Below, one piece after another: positions 55,130 to 64,000 of a stretch of DNA of 64,000 bases. How positions within the stretch are numbered: position 1 is the first letter of the stretch; every line of letters begins with the position of its first letter. The DNA lies in NCBI GenBank assembly GCA_040388575.1, contig JAZKBO010000002.1, positions 95,942 through 159,941 on the forward strand, in the 5' to 3' direction. Origin of the DNA: Patescibacteria group bacterium. GTDB taxonomy: Bacteria; Patescibacteriota; Minisyncoccia; Phycocordibacterales; UBA9973. The translations under genes and the position numbers were made by a program. The notes under the pieces are model-generated. The model had not been told where the DNA came from and did not search any database. It saw nothing but the letters and a program-made list of their open reading frames with translations.

Positions 55130-57070
55130 ATGGAGACCGCGATGAAAATTGTGACGATAATTCCGTTAGAAAAAGGACCACTCCGAGGCGATTTAACATA
55201 CTTTACAAGCAAAAATATTGAAAACGGAAGTATCGTAGAAGCTACCCTCCGGAGTAAAAAAATACTGGGCCTGGTGGTATCGGTCGAAGAACTGACTGGC
55301 TCTAAAGGCGAGGTCAAGGAGATGGACTTCAATTTAAAGAAAATTATCGATGTTAAGGAGCACTCTGTTTTTAGAAAAGAATTTTTGGATAGTGTCCTCC
55401 TCACTGCCAAGTATTTTGCGGCACGCAATAATGACACCATCGCTACGCTTATTCCTGGAATTCTGCGAGAGGAATATGACAAAATTTCAAAATTTACAAA
55501 AATGGAAAGTGTTAAGCCCGCTGCCCAAAAAGGCATCCGGAATGAAAAGTTAATTCTTCAAGCTTCACTTGATGAGAGAATATCCTCATATAAAACGCTA
55601 ATCCGTGGATCTTTCGCTCAAAAAAAATCAGTTTTTATGGTTTTGCCAACTGAATACGATATTGAAAATTTTAATAAAATCCTGGGTAAGGGTATCGAGA
55701 AGTTTACTTTCTTTGTGCATAGTGGGCTAGCTCGCAATAAACTAGTAGAACGCGTAGAGAGGATACTTGCCTCCGATCATCCAGTATTAATTATCGGCAC
55801 AGCACCATTCCTAGCCATCCCACGACACAATATAGGCACAGTAGTGCTGGAACATGAAAATTCTACCGCATACAAAACGATAGCCCGGCCACATTTGGAT
55901 TTGCGAATTTTTGCGGAAATTTTTGCTGAGAAAATTAATGCTAAATTTATACTTGGTGACACCTTGCTACGATTCGAGACTATTGGCCGAGGTGAGATTG
56001 AAAATATATCTCCGGTGCATCCACTTTCATTTCGAACTGACTTTGGGGGCAAAATTGAAATTGTTCCTAAGGGTGATAAATTTAAAATTCTTACTGATGA
56101 GACAGTAGAAAACATTAAAAATGCGGTTGCAAAGAAGAAAAAAGTTTTCGTTTTTTCCTTCAGGAAGGGGCTGGCCACGATGACCATCTGCCGCGATTGC
56201 TCGACTATTGTATTCTGTGACAGGTGTAGCGCACCTGTCGTGCTCTATGAGTCCCAAGACGGCAAGAAACGTATGTTTATTTGCAATCGTTGTAAGAGAG
56301 AGTTACCAGCTGAAACTACATGTGCCACTTGTGCTGGCTGGAACCTAATGCCACTCGGCATCGGTACTGAAACAGTGCAGGAAGAGCTTAAAAATGTTTT
56401 TCATGGTGAAAAAAGTGTCAAAATTTTTAAATTAGATAAAGAATCTGCAAAGACTAAGAAGGGTGCCAGAGATATAATCAAAGAGTTTGAAGCAACCAGT
56501 GGTTCTATACTAGTTGGTACTGAAATGGCATTTTTTTATATGAAAGAGAAGGTGGCACTCTCAATAATCGCTTCATTTGACTCACTGTGGAGTATCCCAA
56601 GTTTTAAAATGAGCGAGAAGGTGGTAGAAATTATGCTCGCGGCTGTGGCTAAGACTAATGATACTTTTATTGTGGAAACTAGAAATGAAAATGATGCCGC
56701 AATTCGTGCCGTGGAAAGTGGCAACCTGGCCCCCTTCGTCCGTGAAGAACTGTATGATCGAAAAAAATTAGACTACCCACCATATAAACGCTTTATCAAG
56801 ATCACTCACTTGGCCGATAAAATACAAACAGCAGGAGCTAAAGAAATGTTGCAAGAACTTTTTAAGGATTACAATCCGGAAATTTTCAGCGGCTTCGTAG
56901 CTAAAATGCAAGGTAAATACATCACTAACACTTTAATTAAATTGGATTTGAAAAAATGGTCCCTGCCAGAGCTATCCTTAAATTCCTCGATAGATGAGAA
57001 TCTTTTAACTCGTATTCGCTCCTTACCACCGAACTTTGAGGTCTTTGTGGATCCTGAGGATTTGCTTTAA
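55130..57070 (+). CDS. priA: Primosomal protein N' (PriA) homolog with degenerate Walker A/B motifs and intact Cys-rich zinc-binding region
   Basis: N-terminal 3'-DNA-binding-like domain. The helicase core aligns with PriA (..MVLPTEYDIENF..FFVHSGL..VLIIGTAPFLAIP..TVVLEHENSTAYK). GxGKT is replaced by ISSYKT and DEEH by LEHE. The zinc region C-x2-C...C-x2-C...C-x2-C...C-x2-C is present. Confidence 0.65.
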   Translation: METAMKIVTIIPLEKGPLRGDLTYFTSKNIENGSIVEATLRSKKILGLVVSVEELTGSKGEVKEMDFNLKKIIDVKEHSVFRKEFLDSVLLTAKYFAARNNDTIATLIPGILREEYDKISKFTKMESVKPAAQKGIRNEKLILQASLDERISSYKTLIRGSFAQKKSVFMVLPTEYDIENFNKILGKGIEKFTFFVHSGLARNKLVERVERILASDHPVLIIGTAPFLAIPRHNIGTVVLEHENSTAYKTIARPHLDLRIFAEIFAEKINAKFILGDTLLRFETIGRGEIENISPVHPLSFRTDFGGKIEIVPKGDKFKILTDETVENIKNAVAKKKKVFVFSFRKGLATMTICRDCSTIVFCDRCSAPVVLYESQDGKKRMFICNRCKRELPAETTCATCAGWNLMPLGIGTETVQEELKNVFHGEKSVKIFKLDKESAKTKKGARDIIKEFEATSGSILVGTEMAFFYMKEKVALSIIASFDSLWSIPSFKMSEKVVEIMLAAVAKTNDTFIVETRNENDAAIRAVESGNLAPFVREELYDRKKLDYPPYKRFIKITHLADKIQTAGAKEMLQELFKDYNPEIFSGFVAKMQGKYITNTLIKLDLKKWSLPELSLNSSIDENLLTRIRSLPPNFEVFVDPEDLL

Positions 57071-57106
57071 GCGCATTATTGAGTTATAAAATACACAGGA
57101 GGCGCA

Positions 57107-57364
57107 ATGTACCGTTTCATGTTCTTCAGGGGGCGAAAGCGTCTCCGGTGGGATGAAATACCCACAAAAGCGAACGGGGAAGTCTTTAATGCAGCCAATA
57201 TGCAAAAGGCTTTCGAATACTGCTTCGCCAAGTATCAAGAAGGCGGCACAGTGTACGGCGGAGGCGACATGACGCGCGACGTCCCCGCCTGGGTTCCAGC
57301 TCCAGTTCGACACACACGTACCATCTCGCACCCCGACGAAGCGTCGGCACATGCGGACAAATAA
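57107..57364 (+). CDS. GC-rich small protein (85 aa) with AGGAGG SD, own terminator
   Basis: ACAGGAGGCGCA-ATG. Local GC is about 58%. No motif. It is followed by a stem/T-run terminator. Confidence 0.4.
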   Translation: MYRFMFFRGRKRLRWDEIPTKANGEVFNAANMQKAFEYCFAKYQEGGTVYGGGDMTRDVPAWVPAPVRHTRTISHPDEASAHADK

Positions 57365-57378
57365 CAAGCGACCGGTTA

Positions 57379-57428
57379 GCACGCGAAAGGTCAATCCCTT
57401 TCCGTGCTCCCGGCGATTTTTTTTGCCC
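57379..57428 (+). terminator. Rho-independent terminator (GCACG(C)GAAAGG...CCTTTCCGTGC stem, then T8)
   Basis: An approximately 11-bp stem with one bulge, followed by GATTTTTTTT. Confidence 0.55.
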
Positions 57429-57454
57429 GAAATTTCAGTGTATAATGTATAAGT

Positions 57455-57943
57455 ATGAAAAAGACCCTTCTTTCATTAGCTTTAATACTGACCTTCGGCG
57501 CCTATACTGCCTTTCTAAGGTCTGATATCACTTCCAAACTCCATACCCCAATTGTTCCTGTCACAACACCGGATCCCTCACCAATTACCCAAACACCCTC
57601 TCCAACACCCACAACTCCAACCCCAGCACCAACTACCCCACCAAGCAATACTGGTAAATTTAAAAATGGCACCTATACTGGTGACAGCGTGGATGCCTTT
57701 TATGGTAACGTGCAAGTATCAGCAATAATTTCCGGTGGCCAGCTAACAAATGTTACCTTTCTAGATTATCCCCGAGACCGCCGAACTTCACTACAAAAGA
57801 GCAATCAGGCGATGCCGATACTGAAGTCTGAAGCCATATCCTCCCAGAGTGCAAATGTTAATAGTGTTTCCGGAGCTACCTACACTAGTGAAGCCTTTAC
57901 TCTCTCCCTTACCTCTGCCCTCAATCAAGCAAAAAATATATGA
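57455..57943 (+). CDS. Secreted FMN-binding domain protein with flavinylation motif
   Basis: Signal peptide plus a PT-rich linker. The FMN_bind pattern is GTYTG...GNVQVSAIISGGQLTNV...VNSVSGATYTS. The [S/T]GAT[Y/F][T/S] motif is the ApbE flavinylation site. Confidence 0.75.
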   Translation: MKKTLLSLALILTFGAYTAFLRSDITSKLHTPIVPVTTPDPSPITQTPSPTPTTPTPAPTTPPSNTGKFKNGTYTGDSVDAFYGNVQVSAIISGGQLTNVTFLDYPRDRRTSLQKSNQAMPILKSEAISSQSANVNSVSGATYTSEAFTLSLTSALNQAKNI

Positions 57944-58692
57944 CATCAATAAAGAAAACTGAACTCATCATGGGTATGCCTATTACACTAGAAATTGTTG
58001 GTGATATGGTCACTGAGGGTGCCTTCAAATTAGTTTTTGATTACTTTAAATATATCGATGAAAAATTTAGCACTTATAAAAGCGGCAGTGAAATGATGCG
58101 CATTAATCGCGGGGAGATTGATGAAAAGGAGTATAGTGAAGACATGCGGGAAGTTCTGGCATTATCTGAAATCACCAGGAAAGAAACGGGTAATTATTTC
58201 GATATTAAAAGGTTAGACGGCTCCCTGGATCCTTCCGGCTTAGTTAAGGGCTGGGCAATACACAATGCGGCCCACCTGCTAAGGGATGCAGGCTTTAAGA
58301 ATTTTTGCATCGAAGCTGGTGGGGATATTGAAACCTTTGGATTAAATAGTGAGTGTAAAGTTTGGACCGTCGGTATTAGAAATCCATTCAATACAACCGA
58401 GATAGTAAAGATACTCCACAGTGATAATAAAGGAATTGCTACTTCCGGCAATTATATACGTGGGCAGCACATTTATAATCCTAAGGAAAAGATGGGTAGG
58501 GTTGAGGGCGTAGTAAGTTTAACAGTGGTGGGGCCCAATATTTATGAAGCAGACCGCTTTGCTACCGCAGCTTTTGCGATGGGCGAGGCTGGAATAATGT
58601 TTATTGAAAAATTGCCGGGATTTGAAGGCTATATGGTTAATGATAACGGCATCGCAACTTTTACCAGCGGTTTTGAAAAGTATGTCAAATAA
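57940..58692 (+). CDS. apbE: FAD:protein FMN transferase (ApbE family)
   Basis: ApbE-family blocks (..ALSEITRKETGNYFDI.., GWAIHNAAHLL, IEAGGDIETFG, ATSGNYIRG). Its start overlaps the upstream stop (ATGA), indicating operon coupling. Confidence 0.8.
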   Translation: MTSIKKTELIMGMPITLEIVGDMVTEGAFKLVFDYFKYIDEKFSTYKSGSEMMRINRGEIDEKEYSEDMREVLALSEITRKETGNYFDIKRLDGSLDPSGLVKGWAIHNAAHLLRDAGFKNFCIEAGGDIETFGLNSECKVWTVGIRNPFNTTEIVKILHSDNKGIATSGNYIRGQHIYNPKEKMGRVEGVVSLTVVGPNIYEADRFATAAFAMGEAGIMFIEKLPGFEGYMVNDNGIATFTSGFEKYVK

Positions 58693-58703
58693 AATTTTGT
58701 AAT

Positions 58704-60236
58704 ATGATCCGACTTATCGACAACTTGCTAAACAAAATCACGATGTATCGGCTAGTGCTGTATTTTTTGATTATATTAGTTGCTGTTGCAGGGATACTAG
58801 GAAGCATCGGATTCCTGCCATTTAGCCCACTGATGCTGCTACTTTCGGTTACACTACTTACCGTAGTTTGTTATGTAATTAATAAATTATTTTCCTTGGC
58901 TTTCAATGCACCGACCAATGTGGAGTCAGTATATATTACAGCTCTTATCCTTACTCTCATCATAACCCCACCTAGCAGCTTGAGCGATATTTCATATTTG
59001 ATTTTTATTTTTTGGGCGGCCACTTGGGCCATGGCTTCGAAATACATCCTGGCTATTGGAAAAAAACATATTTTTAATCCTGCAGCTTTCGGTGTAGCCC
59101 TTACAGCTCTTACTATCAATCAATCCGCTAGCTGGTGGATAGGCACAGCAAGCATGGCACCCTTCGTCATCGTAGGTGGGTTGTTAGTTGTGAGGAAAAT
59201 CCGCCGTTTTGACTTTATACTTTCTTTTCTTACAGTAGCCTTAATTGGCACAATCCTTCTACATGTTAATAGCCTACCGGGTGCATATATTATTTTAAGA
59301 AGGATGTTACTTTCATCCCCACTTTTATTTTTTGCTACTATTATGCTCTCCGAGCCACTCACCACCCCGCCGAAGCGTTATGCACGTATGGGCTACGGTG
59401 CGTTAGTGGGAGCGATATTTGACCCAAGTATCCACTTGGCTGGCTTATATTCCACCCCAGAGCTAGCCTTGCTCTTGGGCAATATAATATCCTATATTCT
59501 AAGCCCTAAGAAAAAATTAATGCTTAGATTAATTGCTAAGGAACAAATAGCTAAAGACACTTATCAATTTTCCTTCACTTCTGGTAAAGATGAAATGGAA
59601 TTCCATCCTGGGCAATACTTAGAATGGACCCTCCCACATAAGCACTCTGACAGTAGGGGCAACAGGCGCTACTTTACTATTGCTTCCTCTCCAGTGGAAG
59701 AAAATTTCCGAATTGGGGTTAAGTTTTATCCGGAACCATCTAGCTTTAAAAAAACATTATTGGGAATGAAACCCAATGACATGCTAGTTGCTTCTGGACT
59801 CGCTGGAGAATTTATTATGCCTCACAATAAAGATGTGAAGTTATGCTTCATGGCCGGTGGAATTGGCATTACCCCTTTTGAAAGTATGCTGAACTATATG
59901 CTTGAGCGTAAACAACATAGGGATGTGATAATGCTTTACTCCAATAAAACTTCCGCTGATATTGCCTATCTGGAGACTATAAAAAGGGCTCAAAATGAAC
60001 TCGGAATTAGGACGGTGCATGTTCTGTCAGATACAAACTCACTCCCAACGGGTTGGCAAGGGGAAAGTGGATTTATCACAGCTGAAATGATCAAAAGAAA
60101 AGTACCTGATTGGAATGAAAGAATATTTTTTATTTCCGGGCCCCATGGCATGGTGAATGCTTTCAAAGACGCCTTAAAGGAGATGGGTGTACACCGTTCA
60201 CATATTAAAATTGACTTCTTCCCTGGTTTTGCTTAA
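58704..60236 (+). CDS. Fusion protein: RnfD/NqrB-like polytopic membrane domain + C-terminal FNR-like FAD/NAD(P)H oxidoreductase module
   Basis: N-terminal ~250 aa has 6-8 TM helices with HIFNPAAFG (compare NqrB/RnfD FNPAL). The C-terminal part has RRYFTIASSP (the RxY[ST] FAD motif), GGIGITP (NAD(P)-binding) and no 2Fe-2S Cys cluster. Confidence 0.6.
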   Translation: MIRLIDNLLNKITMYRLVLYFLIILVAVAGILGSIGFLPFSPLMLLLSVTLLTVVCYVINKLFSLAFNAPTNVESVYITALILTLIITPPSSLSDISYLIFIFWAATWAMASKYILAIGKKHIFNPAAFGVALTALTINQSASWWIGTASMAPFVIVGGLLVVRKIRRFDFILSFLTVALIGTILLHVNSLPGAYIILRRMLLSSPLLFFATIMLSEPLTTPPKRYARMGYGALVGAIFDPSIHLAGLYSTPELALLLGNIISYILSPKKKLMLRLIAKEQIAKDTYQFSFTSGKDEMEFHPGQYLEWTLPHKHSDSRGNRRYFTIASSPVEENFRIGVKFYPEPSSFKKTLLGMKPNDMLVASGLAGEFIMPHNKDVKLCFMAGGIGITPFESMLNYMLERKQHRDVIMLYSNKTSADIAYLETIKRAQNELGIRTVHVLSDTNSLPTGWQGESGFITAEMIKRKVPDWNERIFFISGPHGMVNAFKDALKEMGVHRSHIKIDFFPGFA

Positions 60237-60907
60237 GAAACTAGTACTGTAAATTCCCCTTTTTGTTTAACCGGATTTTGTTTTAAATATTCTAGGAGTT
60301 CGGCTGGCTTGCCTGTTTTAAATTCTTCATATATTTTTGTAAGCTCGCGAGCGAGGCAGACATTTTTCTCTGGACAAAATTTAGCCAGCGACTCTAAAGT
60401 TTTCAAAATTCTGTGAGGGGACTCGTAGAAGACCATTGTGCGCTTGGCATCGGCTATTTCTTTAAATAAAGTCTCCCTACCCTTTTTATGCGGCAGGAAT
60501 CCGAGGAATGTAAACTCGTGCGCTGGAAAACCTGCGCCTGATAGGGCGGTTATCACGGCCGATGGCCCAGGAATAGGAATAATTTCTATGCTATTCATGA
60601 ACCTGCCCCTAACCTTATCAATAAGCATTATCCCTGGATCGGAAATACCAGGAGTGCCCGCATCCGATACTAGGGCTAAATTCTTTTCATCCTTAAGCAA
60701 GTCAAAAATCTTTTCAATCTTGGAAAGTTTGCTATGCGCATGATAGCTCAAGGTCGGTGTATTGATACTGTATTTGTCTAAGATTTTTTTCGTCTCTCTA
60801 GTATCCTCACATAAGATTAGGTCCACACTTTTAAGAGTTTCAATAGCACGAAGAGTTATGTCACCCATGTTTCCGATAGGCGTGGCAACTATATAAAGTT
60901 TAGACAT
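60233..60907 (-). CDS. rsmI: 16S rRNA (cytidine1402-2'-O)-methyltransferase
   Basis: LYIVATPIGNMGDITLRAIETL...LILCEDTR tetrapyrrole-methylase-like fold, typical of RsmI. Confidence 0.85.
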   Translation of the reverse strand: MSKLYIVATPIGNMGDITLRAIETLKSVDLILCEDTRETKKILDKYSINTPTLSYHAHSKLSKIEKIFDLLKDEKNLALVSDAGTPGISDPGIMLIDKVRGRFMNSIEIIPIPGPSAVITALSGAGFPAHEFTFLGFLPHKKGRETLFKEIADAKRTMVFYESPHRILKTLESLAKFCPEKNVCLARELTKIYEEFKTGKPAELLEYLKQNPVKQKGEFTVLVS

Positions 60908-61373
60908 TTGTCCTTTCTTCTTTAAGTGGAGTCAAGCTAGCAAACACTACAATTGCTAAGGCGATTATTAAAATATTTTTTATTATGTATTGCCCTTCAA
61001 TAGTAGGCACACCGAAACTTGCCCAAGTGAACTGTGGCAAAAGAATTAGTGGCATAATGGTAGTGATCATATGAATTGCAAGAAAAAACAAACCTAAACG
61101 TTCCATCTTAGGCACGATAAATAAGAGCCCAATAATCATTTCAAACACACCAAAGCATATTAAGAAGCCTCCTGGTGGAACACCATGGAGAGTTTTATTA
61201 AGGAGTGCCACTACGAGTGGATTAGCGGCGCCATTTTCCGCGAAGACCTTAATCGCCCCGAAATAAAAATAAACCAAAAATATTGCGAATCTGGCGAACG
61301 GCACTGCCGTCCTCTGCATAAAACTTACTAATTTATAGTCCCAAGTCTCTATTTTTGCATTAAAATTTCGCAT
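60900..61373 (-). CDS. Small 4-TM membrane protein (DoxX-like?)
   Basis: Hydrophobic pattern only. The family assignment is tentative. Confidence 0.3.
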   Translation of the reverse strand: MRNFNAKIETWDYKLVSFMQRTAVPFARFAIFLVYFYFGAIKVFAENGAANPLVVALLNKTLHGVPPGGFLICFGVFEMIIGLLFIVPKMERLGLFFLAIHMITTIMPLILLPQFTWASFGVPTIEGQYIIKNILIIALAIVVFASLTPLKEERTNV

Positions 61374-61388
61374 GGGAATATTATACTA

Positions 61389-61835
61389 CTATCTTCTATA
61401 TTTTCTAGTGCGCCATTTGTCGGCTATTTTGACACGGGTTAACGAGCGCTCGAGTTCGGCTTCAAAGTGCTCGAAGTCGACATGGTCTTTATCTTGCATT
61501 TGTTTTTGTAGTTCCCCTGCTTTCCTCTTAGCTTCTTCTATCTTCTGGTCAGTAATTTCAGCAACTGGCTCTGCAAAGTCAGCTAGCACTGCGACTTCTG
61601 TAATTCCTTCGGGATTCTTTTTAACTTCTAGGAATCCACCAGCCACAGCCATAGGGATATGCTCCCCACCTGATACTGCCACCACATCGCCAGATTTTAA
61701 ACCGACAACAAGCGGAATATGATCTGGGAGAACAGTTATCTCACCTTCCGTTGTCGGCAAACTTACCTGATCCACCATTTCTTCGAGGATAAGTCTTTCC
61801 GGAGTTACAATTTTTAATTTCAACTGCTTGGACAT
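61389..61835 (-). CDS. atpC: F0F1 ATP synthase epsilon subunit
   Basis: LKIVTPERLILEE...VSLPTTEGEITVLPDHIPLV... beta-sandwich plus C-terminal helices. Downstream of atpD. Confidence 0.85.
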   Translation of the reverse strand: MSKQLKLKIVTPERLILEEMVDQVSLPTTEGEITVLPDHIPLVVGLKSGDVVAVSGGEHIPMAVAGGFLEVKKNPEGITEVAVLADFAEPVAEITDQKIEEAKRKAGELQKQMQDKDHVDFEHFEAELERSLTRVKIADKWRTRKYRR

Positions 61836-61838
61836 AGA

Positions 61839-63194
<1,356 letters not shown>

Positions 63195-63215
63195 TTATTA
63201 ATTAATTATAATTTA

Positions 63216-64000
63216 TTAACTTACTGAAGCCATACCGGCACTTATCTCTGAAATTTCCCTGGTAATGTTCGACTGCCTGGCTTTGTTGAATATCAGGGTT
63301 AGTTCATCTATCATTTCGCCACTGGCCTCACTCGCATTCTTCATGGCTACCATCCTGCTGGACTGCTCGGAGGCATTCGACTCGAGCATCATCTGGTAAA
63401 TTTGCATTCGAGTCAGCTTTTCAGCCAGTGATGTGATTAATTCCTCCATGTTGCCTTCAAATAAATAATTGGTCTTAATTTCATTATGCTGGACATCTTC
63501 TGATTTAATGCCTTCAATTAATTCTTTAATGTCACTTTTTGAAACTGGGAGGATTTGTTTAATGTTTGGCTTCTGGGTTAATGCGGAAACAAAGTCAGTA
63601 TATGCAACCACAACTTTATCGTAATTCCCTTTTGTATATTCATTCGTTAACATTTTAGAAATTGGTAGGATATTTTGTAAAGTAATATTGTCTGGCAATT
63701 CCGTAAAGCTCGCAATAATATTTTGCCCCACTCGGCGCATGGCTGCATCACCCTTTTTGCCAATGGCAAGGATACTTACTTTGGCTGCGCTTTCATTTTT
63801 AAGTACAGCAATTGCTTTTTTTATTACCTGCGCATTGTAAGCACCACAAAGGCCGCGATTTGAGGTAATCAAAACCAAAAGAATATTCTTCACTGGACGC
63901 TGTTCAAAAAGCGGATGTCTGAAATCAGTGCTCTCAATATTCTGCGCAATGGAAGTCAAAATTTCCCAGGAGTATCCAGCATAAAATCGTGAAGCAAGGG
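63216..64000 (-). CDS. atpG: F0F1 ATP synthase gamma subunit (5' end beyond window)
   Basis: RGLCGAYN block and C-terminal ...ITREISEI... helices. The N-terminus is truncated by the window edge. Confidence 0.85.
   Translation of the reverse strand, partial: LASRFYAGYSWEILTSIAQNIESTDFRHPLFEQRPVKNILLVLITSNRGLCGAYNAQVIKKAIAVLKNESAAKVSILAIGKKGDAAMRRVGQNIIASFTELPDNITLQNILPISKMLTNEYTKGNYDKVVVAYTDFVSALTQKPNIKQILPVSKSDIKELIEGIKSEDVQHNEIKTNYLFEGNMEELITSLAEKLTRMQIYQMMLESNASEQSSRMVAMKNASEASGEMIDELTLIFNKARQSNITREISEISAGMASVS

Overview
The window is dense, AT-rich bacterial chromosome with coding on both strands, although most genes are on the minus strand. Gene content suggests a small-genome, monoderm-like bacterium. 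It has peptidoglycan genes (alr, ddl, a MurA-like enolpyruvyl transferase, a class B PBP, mreB, ftsQ-like), a sortase with an LPXTG substrate, and tRNAs without encoded CCA. A Patescibacteria/CPR-like or other reduced lineage is possible but cannot be settled from sequence alone.

Recognisable blocks:
(i) 0.1-8.7 kb is a cell-surface locus on the minus strand. It contains an S41 C-terminal processing protease, a membrane-anchored CAP/SCP-domain protein, a sortase immediately downstream of an 857-aa LPRTG-anchored glycine-rich surface protein, a DUF4870 membrane protein, a secreted metzincin and a secreted Flg_new-repeat protein.
(ii) 9.2-10.65 kb is a markedly AT-richer island. It carries a tightly overlapping minus-strand operon: small cytosolic protein, retropepsin-type aspartic protease, 129-aa unknown protein, and two tiny hydrophobic peptides.
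(iii) 11.5-29.1 kb holds a class B PBP followed by a near-complete contiguous de novo purine super-operon, all on the minus strand. It runs purB-purC-purM-purE-purK-[GC-rich membrane ORF]-purD-purN-purF-purQ-purSL-purA-guaB.
(iv) 29.1-44.5 kb holds housekeeping genes: MGMT, NUDIX, tRNA-Gln, dnaX, dus, ftsQ-like, serS, dprA, topA, rel, parB, tRNA-Leu, a MurA-like enolpyruvyl transferase, miaA, DedA and tRNA-Trp.
(v) 44.7-47.9 kb holds a two-component system with an associated membrane protein.
(vi) 48-55 kb holds rpmG, alr, ddl, map, rseP, frr, a holB-like gene and mreB.
(vii) 55-60 kb holds a PriA homolog with degenerate ATPase motifs. It is followed by a three-gene extracytosolic flavinylation module: an FMN-binding protein with an SGATYTS motif, ApbE, and an RnfD/NqrB-like membrane domain fused to an FNR-like reductase.
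(viii) 60-64 kb holds rsmI and atpG-atpD-atpC.

Four short, strongly GC-rich patches each carry a small ORF with a near-perfect Shine-Dalgarno sequence. Several genes (at 8.8, 35.5 and 38.2 kb) have an almost identical leaderless-type promoter, TTGnnA-N17-(TG)TAtAAT, followed 6-9 nt later by ATG. No CRISPR array, rRNA, transposase or integrase was seen.
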